This document shows, one piece after another, positions 1-28,430 of a stretch of 64,000 nucleotides of DNA (positions within the stretch are counted from its first letter, which is position 1; the number at the start of each line of letters is the position of its first letter). The stretch is from the human T2T-CHM13v2.0 reference genome, Homo sapiens. Location of the stretch: the NCBI RefSeq assembly GCF_009914755.1, contig NC_060927.1; one strand, given 5' to 3'. Under the pieces are notes generated by a model. That model saw only the letters and a program-made list of their open reading frames with translations. It was not told the origin of the DNA and searched no databases. Made by a program: the position numbers and the translations under genes.

Positions 1-506
1 AGTAGACATATATACGGCTTTAAAACTGTTTTTTTATTTGGATGACAACATTTCAATGACTATTCGTTAAATGACATAAAAAAGCTTTTAAGTAAACATA
101 TCAAACTCAAGTACAAGCGATCATTTTGATAAAAGTACTAGGTAAAAGTGGGGGTGGTAGATTATATTGAAATTTAGCTGAGTATAATATAAACTATTAA
201 ATGTTCAGTCCAATGGGAATAAGTTATAAAAAGAGTGTGGCCAATTTAATTGATCTCTGGTAAATAGGCTGCATGATTTTATTTTGTTGTGGAAGTTAAT
301 CAGTCTGTGAAGACAGTCTCACACTTGGAAAATATGAGACAGTTACCCTATTTCTCCCCACATCATGAATCCAGGTTGGCCTCAATCATCCAAGGGCCAC
401 TGATCGGAAACCTCAGCCAACCCCAAGATAGAGGAGCCCAGAAGTACCTCTCTCCTCATCTAACCCTCCACCTGCCCAAGTGATCTCAGTTCCAAATAGA
501 GGTCGA

Positions 507-798
507 ACCAGTCTACGATGGCTCATGCCTGTAACCCCAGAACTTTGGGAGGCTGAGGCAGGAGAATTGCTTGAGACCAGGAGTTTGAGGCCAGCCTAAG
601 CAACATAGCGAGACCATGTCTCTACAAAAAATCAAAAAATTAGCTGGGTGTGGTAATGTGCACCTGTGGTCACAGCTACTGGGGAGGCTGAGGTGAGAGG
701 ATGGCTTAAGCCCATGAGGTCAAGGCTGCAGTGAGCCATGACTGTGCCATGGCACTGTAGCCTGGATGACAGAGCTCTCGAGACCCTGTCTCAAAAAA
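507..798 (+). mobile_element. Alu (AluJ-like)
   Basis: Dimeric Alu consensus similarity, diverged. Confidence 0.9.
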
Positions 799-1748
799 GC
801 CCCCAAAACAGAGATCACCAAGTCTCTGTGATTTTCCCACCTGGCATGGCACAGGAACCAGCCCATCATGGCTGACTCCTGAGCCACTCCAGCTTTGGGC
901 AGCAGCTCAGCTGCACCAGAGGTGACGTGTTGGCCTGACATAGCCTTGAATTCAAGGGATATTTTGTCATATGAGAATTCATAAGCCAGAGGTTCTCAAA
1001 TTCTAACATTCATACAAATTAAGTGTCTGTGTGATCCAGAGTCTTATGAGGACATGTTGAGTTGGGTCCTGGGGAAAAGCATTTCAACAGGTTCCTCAGG
1101 TGGTTGGAGACAGACCTCCAGGACTTCGTTCAGACATGATTTACTTCAGACATGATGCGTTCAAACTTGGCTACCTGGGTTTTTTATTTTTATGTTTTAA
1201 AGTTCTGATTAGATGGGGGAAGGCAAGATTTCTAGTGAGTGTGCAGGTGAGAGTAGCAAGAAATAACAGCCAACTAAAGGAAACGAGAACCAAAAGAGCC
1301 AGAGAAACAAGCTATGTAGCAGAAAGTGGGGAGGTGCAAAGGGCCACCCCAACAGCTTTTAGGATTGGTGAATCTATTAACATGTACTTTGATAGTTAAT
1401 TACATTAATCAAAAATTATAAAAAAAAAAAAAAGGTTAGTTGTGTCCACAGTACTCTACTTATTGTACCAGCACAGGCACCATGTATTTAGGGAAGATTT
1501 CATTAAAATTGCTCATTTTATTTATTTGGGAAGTTAATTTAGCACAACTTCCCCACCCTCCCACGCAGTTGTCACTATACTTGAAGCAATGTAGGCTTCC
1601 CGTACATAGATCTTTGTCTGTATGTTCTAGCATGGAATTGCTGGGTCAAAAGAAGCATTTTTAGGACTTTTGATATCTTGTCAAATAGTTTTGTAGAAGG
1701 ACCATATGTCTATATGTCTGTTTAAATGTACAGTACACCTGACATATT

Positions 1749-2030
1749 CTTTTTTTTTCTTTTGAGACAGAGTCTCGCTCTGTTGCCCAGCTTGGATTGC
1801 AGTGGCGTGATCTCAGCTCACTGCAACCTCCACCTTTGGGTTCAAGTAGCTGGGATTACAGCTCAGCCTCCCAAGTAGCTGGGATTACAGGCGCCTGCCA
1901 CCAGGCCCAACTAATTTTTGTATTTTTAGCAGAGACAGGGTTTCGCTATGTCGGCCAGGCTGGTCTCTAACTGTTGGCCTCAAGTGGTTTACCAGCCTTG
2001 GCCTCCCAAAGTGCTGAGATTACAGGTGTG
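1749..2030 (-). mobile_element. Alu (AluS-like), slightly 5'-truncated, with internal rearrangement
   Basis: Poly-T followed by GAGACAGAGTCTCGCTC... Confidence 0.9.
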
Positions 2031-2151
2031 ACACATTCATTTTTTAAATGAAATATTTTAAGCAAAGTGGGGAAGCATGTAACAAATCAGTAACAACAGT
2101 GATAATCTCTGTGTCCACTACTCAGCCTTACCAAATGCCATATTGGTTTCT

Positions 2152-2228
2152 ACTCTTCCTTTTCTCTTTTCCCTTCCTTCCTTCTTTCTTCCTTCCTTCC
2201 CTCCCTCCCTTTTTTCTCTTTCTTTTTT
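2152..2228. repeat. CT-rich (TTCC/TTTC) low-complexity tract
   Basis: Visible pyrimidine tract. Confidence 0.8.
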
Positions 2229-3399
2229 AAAAAGAAATAAAACGGCAAAATTATTTCTCCGAAGTCTTTGTTCTCACCATCAGCCCTCTACATTCTCAAA
2301 TGCCCTGCTCCCTAACAGGTGACAGGGTGCCAGGTCCTAGGGCTGACTCAGGGTTATTGTTTTGCAGGTGGATCACTGGGTTGATGAGATAGAGTCCACC
2401 CTGTTTTCCCAAGGCCTACAGGATGGAGGAGAAACCTCTTTGTCTGCCACAGACCTTTCACAGTCAGGCCCTCTACCACCCTGGCCTCATCCTTCCCTTG
2501 TATTCTCATCTCTCCCTTCTTGGATTACTCTTATACCAGCTCTCCACTCTTCCCGGAAAGCCCATTCCCACCTTTCTGCCTGACAATTCCTCACCAACTC
2601 CTCTAGAGCAGGGGTGTAAATTCACAATATTTAACAACTGGAATGGCACAGGCATAACTAATCTATACCACTGTACCTCCAAGTTCTGGCTGAACATTGG
2701 ATCTTGGATCCAGGTCCAAGGCTTCTGGAAACCCTTCTTGGCTCAGTCATGCCTCCTCTGGGCTCCCAGAGTGCATGGTTTACCTCCTTGAAGTCTGCAC
2801 TCCTGCGTCTGGTGCATCCCATCAGCTGCTGCTCCCTCTCCAGTCTCACTTCCTCCCACTCTCTCCTCAGGCCGTGTGACATGCTTCAGGCACTCCTAGT
2901 TGCCAGCAGTGCCTGAACAGACCACGCCACGTCACACCACCATGCCTTTGCGTACAGTGTTCCTCATGGCCAAAGCCCTTGCTCCTTGTCCCCCCTCAAC
3001 TGCCTCTTAAACTTTCAGACATAAAGAGATAACTAAACATAAAGAGTGAATTCCTAGCCTCTACAGAAAGAGGGTGATGGTCCTGGGGCAGGCCCTACAA
3101 GATTTTCAAGGCTCCAAACTAAGTCATTAGATCCGAGCACACAGCTGGCTAAGTGGCAGACTTATTGTCTTACTGGTATTTTAGGTTTTCTGTGTGCACC
3201 GAGGTGGCTGGGGTTATAAAATGCAGCTGACCCAAGATACTGTTCTTCAGATGTGCACCCTGTGTGGGCTGCCAAGACCACTGAACTTCAGGACCCTCTC
3301 TCCCTGAGGGGCAAGGGAGGCAATGGGAAACCACCTCCACCCATCCACATCCGAGTCCTATTAGCTGCTTCAGGAGTAAATATAAGTAAAAGCAAACTT

Positions 3400-3760
3400 A
3401 ATCTGACGCCAAGGGGTTCTTTATGCTTCTCCCCCAGCTGGGACGAGACTTTTGAGGCCTAACTCAGCCCATAAAGAGAACTCTTTTTCCTTCCCTCTTT
3501 ACTCCTTTTGGGGTGATAGGATGTGATGCTTGGAGCCACAACAGCCATCCTTCAACCATGAGGGGAGACACTGTCAAGACAGTGAAGATAGCAGAACAGA
3601 AAGATAAAAAGTGCAGGCACCCATTTTAACATTCTTGAGTTGCTTAATTAGATTAGCAACCTCCTATCTCTAGACTTCTGGTTTTGAAATTAAAACTACT
3701 TTTGTTTCAGCCATTAGTAGTCAGGAAGCTTGTTAGTTGGAGTGACAAGAAACTGCAACA
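3400..3760 (+). mobile_element. Old MaLR LTR fragment (MLT1-like)
   Basis: GGATGTGATGCTTGGAGC..CAGCCATCCTTCAACCATGAGG..GAAGATAGCAGAACAGAAAGAT motifs typical of MLT1. Confidence 0.55.
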
Positions 3761-4017
3761 ATACTTGAAACTACTGCATCTCCTTGACCCCTTTGCTAGG
3801 TGTGCCTGATATTCTAGAGCTGCATCCACAATTTTTTTAAAAATTTGGCTTATTAATATTTTTCAACTCTCTGATTGTTCTGCCTGCTGCTGTTAAATTA
3901 ACCTGGTTCTAGAAAAATGAGATATATTTGGCATGATTTCTTAAACTGAAATAAGTCCAGAAGATTAAAAAGATACCTATTACTAGGTCAGTTCTGTTTA
4001 ATTGCACTTTATGATAC

Positions 4018-4943
<926 letters not shown>

Positions 4944-5114
4944 AAACTTTTTTGATATCATAAATCTAATTACAGGAATCTGGAAAACCACCTGAATAAA
5001 TCCATCTAACCAATAGATATTGAAAGCTAATAAGAAGCCAGTTTCTGTGTTGGGCAGTGGAGAAGGACACAGGGATAAGGAAGGGGCAGCACTCTTGCTA
5101 AAGAGATAGCAGTT

Positions 5115-5398
5115 GCGGCAGCTCATGCCTGTAATTCCAGCACTTTGGGAGGCCGAGGCAGGCAGATCACTTGAGGCCAGGAGTTTGAGACAACCTGGCC
5201 AGCATGGCAAAACCCCATCTCTACTAGAAATACAAAAATTAGTTGGACATGGTGGTGCATGCCTGTAGTCCCAGCTACTCAGGAGGCTGACGTGGGAGGA
5301 TCAATTAAGCCCAGGAGGTGGAGGTTGTAGTGAGCTGTGATCATGCCACTGTACTCTAGCCTGGGTAACAGAGTGAGACTCCATCTCGGAAAACAAAA
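5115..5398 (+). mobile_element. Alu
   Basis: Alu consensus; imperfect TSD AAAGAG(A/T)TAGCAG. Confidence 0.9.
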
Positions 5399-7866
5399 GA
5401 GTTAGCAGGCTAATTGGGAAAACTTGGCAAATGTACCCAAAACCATAAAGCAAGGCAGAACATGGTAGATGCCAAAAGAGGGATCTAGATAAAGAGCTCG
5501 GGAATACTGAAGAGATCAGACATCATCGTTGATTGTCCAGAAGGAGCCCTAGGCGTTCTATCTCTGGTTACTCAATGGAGGGAAAAAGAAACACCCGAAG
5601 ACTGAAACAGAAATTGTCCAGTTTCCATCTCTCCCTCCTCCTGGGTTCTTACATTTCTTTCTGACTTCCTCTGCACTCTCCACACTCTGGAATCCATCTT
5701 CCAAAATACATTTCTCTGAGCGAAATAAAACCACATAATTCCCTCTTCAAAGGTTTTTCTTCCAATTCTATCCAAATGTTCAAGTGCCAGTAAGGAATGT
5801 GGCCATTTTATTGGAGGAAGTTTGTTACATAAAATCATGCTGTGAGGAGAGCCAGCAAAGACGCCGTTGACCAGAAATGTCAGAACTGAATAGAAATCAA
5901 ACAGGTAGCCCCGAAAAGTGCCACTCCAATACCCTCCCAAAGGAGGGATGGGGGAAATGGCAGGTTTACACTACAGAAAAGGGTATTTTGTACTTTCATT
6001 TAGGAGAAAAGAGGGCAGGGAAAAGGCTCAGTAGGTACCCAACCAACTCTGTATCCTAGTCGGAGAATATAAGATAAATAAACAGCTCAAATTTTATATG
6101 TGAAAGCCTGAAGTTTTGAAGTCATTTCAAATTACACAGAGAAATCATGAAAAAAAACATTTTAAGTTGCAATGCCAAGGCATAAATGCAATATTTGTAT
6201 TTCTCAGTTACATGTAGGAGACAGATAAATTAAAGCTATCATTACTTGGCTTCTAGGAGAAATAACTTATTTATAAATTAAGTTTTAAGTGGCCAGCCCA
6301 CTCTAGGTGGAAAGCATGTAAACTGTTGGAAAAGTGTATATTTAAACATTTCCCTGATAAATGCATATTATCTGAACTATGCCAATCTGCCTGCCAAATC
6401 TGCCCAGCTTTGTGGGATGGAAATCTTATTTTCTGCCAGAAAATGATATCTGAGAAGCCTACATTGTTTTTTGGTTTGAACCTGGAGGGAACAGTAAAGG
6501 GTTTCGTTTTCTTGAAGATACAGAAGTATTCTAATTTTGAAGGGCTTTGAAATAGTATTTACATTTCAATGCCACCTAATACATGTCTTATTAAAAAAAT
6601 TCTATAGGAATCATTAAGCTTAAAGTGCATGAGATGAAACTTTTTCTTCTTTTAATTTAACAGATTTATTTTTCCCTTTTATTCCTTATAAATTCTCCAT
6701 ATATTTCCTGAATATTGATCAACGTGTATGGCAATGTCCTGCACAGAGGAGAAAGAGAAGAGACAGGAAAAAACCCCTTACAGGAACTCATTCTGCAAAG
6801 TGACAGAAGGAGCGTAAATGTACAGTGTGTAATTCTTTTAACCCACAGTCACGATGAGTTTAATTTGCATATCTGTCTTGAGGAATTATGGGATACCCAG
6901 AGCTATTTCTAGAACTTAATTTGCATAATTGCTCTAATCCTTTATGAGTATAGTGACACGTGGTCTAACGAAGGATTTTTTTCTCAATTTGTAAGTTACC
7001 TCATAAGTTTTATAAATATATTAGAATTTAATACTTTTGGAACACATTTAATGACCTGCCTCTATTGAAAGAAACACAATTATATAAAGACATAATTAGT
7101 TTTCTGTTAACTGTATATTAATTTGCTTTTGCTAGTTTGAAAAGCAGCTTTGTTCACTCTAAATTTGTCATTTAAAGTTTGGTCTTTTTTTTTTTTTCTG
7201 GTACCTTTTGGCCAGATTAAAATTCATTTCAGCATCATAAGAAAATTCACAGTTGTAACGGGCCTCAGTGACTTTCCCTATCTCTAAAATGTCTTAATCC
7301 ATGGGAAGGTGACAGCTTTCAGAGATTAAAACATCGGCTGCAAGAAGATGGATTTACACATTTTCTTAGGGTTTGGAATTAGAAGCTCTCGTGACCAACA
7401 TTTTTAAGTAAGTTTAATCATTTCTCATTTGAAGATTCTTTATTTAGTTAGCAGGTTCTCATTAAGGTATCGGGACCATAGTTAAGAGGAAAACTTCATT
7501 TTGACATTGGAACACTGACAGCCCTCAAACCCCAACATTCTCTCTCTCTTTCTCTCTCTCTGCTTGTCTCTTTGCCCTACACCTGAGCTAGCCCACCCTG
7601 GTAAGAACCCTCAGCCCAGCTCTGCTTCCTGGTCACAACAAAACTGAAAATCAACCTCAGTGCCTTGCCTTTGCCACCTGGGCCAACCTGTGCTTGCCCT
7701 GTTCTCACCAGAACATTCCATTATGTGAATAATAAGTGTTGTCACACCCTCCATCAGTCCCAACATCCAAACCGGTTTTGGATGGGTGAGTGTGCCTGCC
7801 GACTGATCCCACTCTCTGCATGGCAACCACTGAACAAGAACACAAAAACGATGTTTAAAACATAAA

Positions 7867-8898
<1,032 letters not shown>

Positions 8899-10158
8899 TT
8901 AACAAAGTTACAACGGTGGCATGATTGTCTCTCTCTAATATGAGGTGACTGCTTTTGGAGGTTATCCAGGGACCCACGTTGGTGGGTCAGCTCTACTATC
9001 TTTCCCAATTGCCTTCACTCTCTGCAAAGCAGACAGGTTCATTATTGCATCTCCTTACTGGAGAGGAAGTGGAGTTTTCTTTTAAGTAAATGTGGCAGAT
9101 CACTTCTGTTCACGTTTCATCGCTAAGAATTTACATTACATGGCCACACTTGGGCAGCTGGTAAATGCAGTCTCCAGTCTCTAGATGTCTAGATGGGTGG
9201 TCATGTACCCTGCTAAAACAGAGAGAGAGAGAGAGAGAATATGAGAAGTAATGAATAAATGTGAGAATAAAAGAACTGTGGAAGACAATTAAGAGTCTAC
9301 CAGTTTTATTAAATATCTTCCATGTAGAAATTTTTCCTCTTCTAACCAGATTCAAAAAAATTAATACAGAATATTCACATTTGCTGTTTAAAGCAAATGT
9401 GACTAATTTCAGGCACCATTCAGCTCCTATAAACCAATCACAGCACCACAGTTAGACATAAACTTCTCTAAGTCTCCTATGTTTTGAGTCGCAAAATATT
9501 TTCTTTTAAATTTCTATACAGGAGCAAACGTTCATTCACATACACATTCTGGGCCTGAAATATTTTGCTCCTCCATTTCAAACGCCTATTTTGGATTTCA
9601 AAAATATATCTCAAGAGCAAATATTTAAGAGTACAGGCTGAAGATGTATTGATAACATACAGAATGTGGCTGGCTGTCTTTTCCATATGAAATAGTGACC
9701 AGTGGACCTTGTCAAGAAAGGACAAAATTGATTCACTTCAACACAATACAGAAGGGGTGGAGGTAGGTGGGGCGGTAGAGGTAGAAGACGCTTGGCATCA
9801 AGATGATAAATGCTGATGAGACACTGAATGATGGATAGATGAGACTGCTTTACACTCCTTTACTTTTATGTTTAAAAATTTCAATAATACAAAGTTTTTG
9901 TTGATTTGCTTGTTTGCTTTTAAGAATGAACCAAATGCATCCCTGCCAGCCTCAGTCTTGTTTGCACGGAAAGACTACATGTGAACTTCTCAGCAATTAT
10001 TCAACTGTTTAACTTAATAAAGCACAATTGCCCCCAATTTTGCTTGTAAAGCTTTTACATTTCTGCAAAACAATTTTCCATTAGTTATATCACATTTTAA
10101 TCAAGATGATTAAAATTTAGATTTAAACAGTGTGGAAATGTGTTAGAAGTATACTCTA

Positions 10159-10359
<201 letters not shown>

Positions 10360-10375
10360 TTAGATGAATAGATGA

Positions 10376-10652
<277 letters not shown>

Positions 10653-10730
10653 AGTCCTTCATCTTAAACTTTATTTTAAAGAGTGACTATAAAAATTTCT
10701 TCCTTGAAACACAGTAAACTATAGAGCTGA

Positions 10731-11066
<336 letters not shown>

Positions 11067-11240
11067 CATCCACTATTTTGGATACAAAATATTTTGCTTG
11101 TTTTTTAGGATACTTATTTTGCAGTGTCACATTTGGAGGTTTTAACTTTTTAAATACTGTCTTTTCAACTTTTTATACTGAAATAAAAACATATTATTAT
11201 CAAGTGAAGTCAAGCAGACACAAAATAGCTTTAGACTAAA

Positions 11241-11909
<669 letters not shown>

Positions 11910-12530
11910 TTAAATATGCGTTAGCCTCTGCATTTTGTTGCCAGCCATCGTGTTGCCTATACCACAATTTCCTACTTTTTTGCTTTTAATCTTTTATGAC
12001 AAATATCTATTTTATTGAAATGCTTACCATTCTGATTTATTCAGTTACAGTGTGGTGCAATATTGGGCTTTCTAAAGCACTTAGATGATTTATGGACCCA
12101 GCAAAATAGAATGAAATCCTGAGATGTATGCGGAAGGGGCTGGGAGAGGGGAGTGCCTGCTAGGGAGTTTTGAAGCTGGGTCACCCCGGAGGGTGCACTA
12201 GAGGATGTGAGAACTCATGAAACCCAGGGAGCTGTGAGGCTAGCCAGGTTGGACTGGGGCCTGCTTCCCTAATCTAATTCTAGGGAACTTCACATGAATT
12301 CTTCAAATGGGCTAATTGCTGCTGGGAATTCTCCAGTGGGACCCCTCTGTGTGCTTCCCTCTAGAATGAAAGGGAACTGGTGCTGAGGACCACAGGAACT
12401 TTTGAGGGTAAGAAATTCAAAGACACTCAGCTACTATCCTCATTTCTAATTCAACTAGGAAGGTGTCTCATCAAATAGTGTCACTGGGTACCAGTAACCT
12501 TTCTATAGGAACACAGTCCTGTATTGGTTC

Positions 12531-12650
12531 TCAGTGGCTCTCAACTATGGATGTACCTTGCAATTAATCAGGGAGCTTTAAAAAAAATCCTAACACTTAG
12601 GCCTCATCCTATAAAAATCAAATCAAAATTTTTCAGAGTGGTGGGTGATG
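12531..12650 (+). mobile_element. MER5-family fragment
   Basis: CAGTGGCTCTCAAC...CAGGGAGCTTTAAAAAAA...AAATCAAAAT. Confidence 0.55.
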
Positions 12651-12748
12651 GAAAAAATGGGAACTGTACTTCAAGAACAGCATCATAATTGCATCTCTAA
12701 TTTTGGGAAATGTGTACTCTGAAAGTACCCTAAAAATATATACACATA

Positions 12749-12752
<4 letters not shown>

Positions 12753-12789
<37 letters not shown>
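12753..12789. repeat. (AT)n microsatellite, about 18 units
   Basis: Direct observation. Confidence 0.95.
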
Positions 12790-12791
<2 letters not shown>

Positions 12792-12869
12792 GGGATAATA
12801 AAGTTTATTTAAAGATCATGTTGTTAAAGACTGTCATCTTTGAAATACATTAAAAAATCCTGGAACGAA

Positions 12870-13075
12870 GATATATCATACAACACAGTGACTACAGTTA
12901 ATACTGTATACTTGAAAATCACTAAGAGATATTAACTGTTCTCATTGCAAAATAATGATGTGTGAGGTAGTCTATACATTAATTAGCTCAATTTAGCATT
13001 CCACAATGTATCCATATTTCAAAACATCATGTTGTATACCATAAATAAATACAATTTTTGTCAATTAAAATTTGT
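12870..13075 (+). mobile_element. L1 3'-end fragment (L1MA/MB-like)
   Basis: GTGACTACAGTTAA..CATTCCACAATGTAT..CATCATGTTGTATACCATAAAT. Confidence 0.75.
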
Positions 13076-13805
13076 GAAAATGCTGGAAGAAACTGAGTTC
13101 TCTTTAACACAAAAGGGAGTGAGAATTAACAACTTTGGGAAAGATATCAGAGACTAATTCTGAGGATATTATCAGAAAGACATAGCAACATGGAGGTGGA
13201 AACACCATAAAAGGTTGCTAGTGAATTGCACAGGGACCCTTACTGAATACCAAAAGTGTCTGGTTTTTAAAGTTAAAATGGCCCCCAGCTTTAACCTTCT
13301 AAAAATGAAGCTAGAAAAGTGTGGGATGAGGTTTCTAATATTGAAACCAATGAAGAGGAAAATTGGGCTATGTGTTTGATCTATCACTGAACTGACTTTA
13401 TAAAAGGCTCTAACAAAAGAACTACATTGAAATACTGAGAAGAATAAAGGTTCTCAGTGAGATAGGAGGGTTTATAGGAAATAGTTTCGGCATAAACTTT
13501 TCTATGGTTAAAAAAATGTTGCTTCTGATAAAAGGCAAAACAAAGTCAGAAATGATAGTTTTCATGAAAGTCAATGTTTGCAAAGAAATCCGAAGGTCCA
13601 GTAGGGTTTGGGCATCATCTTCTAGCATAAGATTTCTTTCTACCTTGGAATGAAGGGAATTCATTCATGATATTTTCAAAGTAGACTGTGGATTTAGTTT
13701 TTCTCGTGTAAATTTTCATCTTGCCTTACTTTGTGGAAATTCTGGTCTATGAAGTCCCAGCATGTGTGTGAGACGATCCTAGGAACTGGAAGAAACATCA
13801 TAGCC

Positions 13806-14124
13806 TTTTTTTCTTTCTATATATATATATAGGGTCTTGCTCTATCAACCAGGCTGGAGTGCAGTAACACAATATCACGGCTCACAGCAGCCTTGACCTC
13901 CCAGGCTCAGGTGATCCTCCCACCTCAGCCTCCAGGGTAGCTGGGACTAACGGTGCATGCCACTGTGCCCAGCTAATTTTTATTTTCTCTCTTTTTTTTT
14001 TTTTGGTAGAGACGGGGTTTCTCCATGTTGCCCAAGCTGGTCTCAAACTCCTGAGCTCAAACAATCCTCTTGCCTTGGCCTCCCAAAGTGCTGGGATTAC
14101 AGGTGTGAGCCACCGCCCCTGGCC
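13806..14124 (-). mobile_element. Alu (AluJ-like) with (TA)n in tail
   Basis: Alu consensus; TSD CATAGCCT. Confidence 0.9.
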
Positions 14125-14725
14125 AACATAGCCTCGAAAGTCTTGAACATTATATGAAAACAAACAACAAAATTGCCAAAGTGCCTATTTCTTTACTCAT
14201 AATTCCCCTTATTGAAGTTGAATTTTCTTCAGCAAACTCGCAGAGGAATGTTTCTTGAACACAAACTGAACAACCAAAAATAATACTTTTCTGACCAAGT
14301 TTGGTAATTAGCACAGCAAAATCCCATACATTTGTGGGACACATTAGCTCAAGGGGTAAAATTACATACAATGTGCTATCATAAGCCCTGGCTGTCAATA
14401 ACTACAAAATGGACAGACAGTTTCTGTGTTTGGAAATGGTTGGTGGGTTGGCATGGGCAAGTTTAGTCAGTTGAACACATTTCATAAGTTGTTTATTTGC
14501 GACGTTGAAACCATTTACAATACTTGGTGGGTTTTTGAGGCCAGCCTACATTGGCATCACTGTGTGGTAGCACCTAGCACCCTGCCTAACCACTCGCGAC
14601 ACACACTCCCATCACTCTTTGCCAAGTCAATACACTTAAGCCCCATCAGTCCATTCCTGATTACAATCAGTTTTGCACAGCATCATTTTCCTTCACACTC
14701 CAAAACCTCACTGATTTATGCATCG

Positions 14726-14731
14726 TTTATT
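14726..14731 (-). terminator. Candidate distal polyadenylation signal
   Basis: AATAAA on minus, followed about 15-30 nt downstream by GU-rich TGAGGTTTTGGAGTGTG. Confidence 0.55.
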
Positions 14732-15189
14732 TTTTGAACTACCTTAAAATCCATGCAAACACAACTCTGCTGTATGTAAAATGAAAATGCACATATCTTT
14801 GGGGCTATTTTACCAACCTTGGGGTCTTTATCCATGTTGGGACGTAGCCTATTTAGAAATTTGCTTATAATAAAAACTGACAACAACCGTGACAAAAATA
14901 AGGATATAATATTAAAATAAATCAAATGATATACAGTACTGTTATTATTCTGATACAGAATTTTTACACAGCAATACTGATACAGGTACAAACGGCAATC
15001 CATTACAATCGACCTTTCAGTTACAAACAAGGTTTAAATTACAACTTAATACTGCTTTAAAAATGGTAATTAGTGTTGTGCCAGATTAAAATAAATACTT
15101 CCTCTTCAAGTGACATTTTCTAGAATATCTCTAAGTAGGAGACTAAGGAAAAAAAACTTTATAAAAAGTAAAAGAAGTAAATGTAATCT

Positions 15190-15195
15190 TTTATT
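15190..15195 (-). terminator. Candidate proximal polyadenylation signal
   Basis: AATAAA on minus followed by U-rich sequence (ATTTACTTCTTTTACTTTTT). Confidence 0.45.
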
Positions 15196-15958
15196 TTTAG
15201 AAAAACCCAAACCTAGAAATCTGGACTAAATTAATTTGGCTTTCCATTCCTTCTGTCCACACACCAGCCCAACAGCAGAGCTGAAGTCCTCTTGAGTGAC
15301 AGGTTTAGGAAGGGTCCAGCAGCACTCCTAGCTTCCGTGCCATGACAGGAGTTTGGAGTGTCAAGTTCACATATACACTCTTTTCACTATTTAAATGCCA
15401 GCAAAAAGCTGGATTCCCATCAGTGATTCTGCCATCAAACTCAAAGAGACAAACCCTCCACTTTAAAATGCAAGAGGAGGGAAGAGAAATGGACAAAAAT
15501 AAAGTAAGGTAAGAGCCTTGAAATTCTTTGAGGTGGAAGAGGCAAGGGACCAAAAGCTGTAGGTGTATTTGTGCGGCAGGGCACAAATGGGGCTTGGGGT
15601 GGTGAGAAAAAAAAAAAAAAGTTTTTCTAACAAAATATCAAATTCTTATTTTCCTCATTTTTGTGAAAATGGGTACGTTTTTGACATTTAAGAAAAAAGC
15701 CAAATCAAACCAAAACACAAACAGGGAAATAAGAACCAGTTCCATAATGCCTTACACTTCATATTTCTATCCAAAAGTAAAATTCTCTTTCGATAAAAAA
15801 AAAAAAAAATCATTTACAAATCAAAGATAAAAATGTTACTTGGAAAGTTGAGGAAGCAAGAGCATTTCTTTCTGGCACATTTTTTGTTTGGCACAATCAC
15901 AAGTAAGACTTTACAGGTAAGATGTGGCTATTCACATTTGGTTTCTACTCCAGAGCGA

Positions 15959-28283
<12,325 letters not shown>

Positions 28284-28402
28284 GGCGCCCTCGGGACTGG
28301 GCGGCCGCCGGAGGCAGTTGGGGGCGCGGGGCCCGGGTGCGCTGGGTGGAGCGCGGAGCGGCGGGCGGACGGGCGCGGCGGCTCCCGCGAGCCTCCGGGC
28401 CG

Positions 28403-28430
28403 TTATAAAGGCTAGCCCCGCCGTGACTCA
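28403..28430 (-). promoter_or_regulatory. Core promoter: TATA-like TTTATAA (28409-28403) with upstream AP-1 site TGAGTCA (28430-28424); TSS inferred near 28375-28380
   Basis: The only AT-rich patch in the GC-rich island, ~120 nt above the ATG; AP-1 lies within quasi-palindromic CGTGACTCACG. Confidence 0.7.

Larger units (their letters stand above)
14710..15958 (-). other. PROK2: PROK2 3'UTR (AU/U-rich; distal end approximate)
   Basis: Repeat-free AT-rich sequence after the stop codon; AATAAA on minus at 15195-15190 and 14731-14726; several AUUUA pentamers and U tracts. Confidence 0.7.

Noticed and set aside
1-300. AT-rich start possibly belonging to a neighbouring gene's 3' end
   Set aside because: No coding or splice evidence within the window; cannot be supported from this sequence alone.
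28284-28380. Upstream AUG/uORF in the PROK2 5'UTR
   Set aside because: No ATG on the minus strand between the inferred TSS and the start codon.
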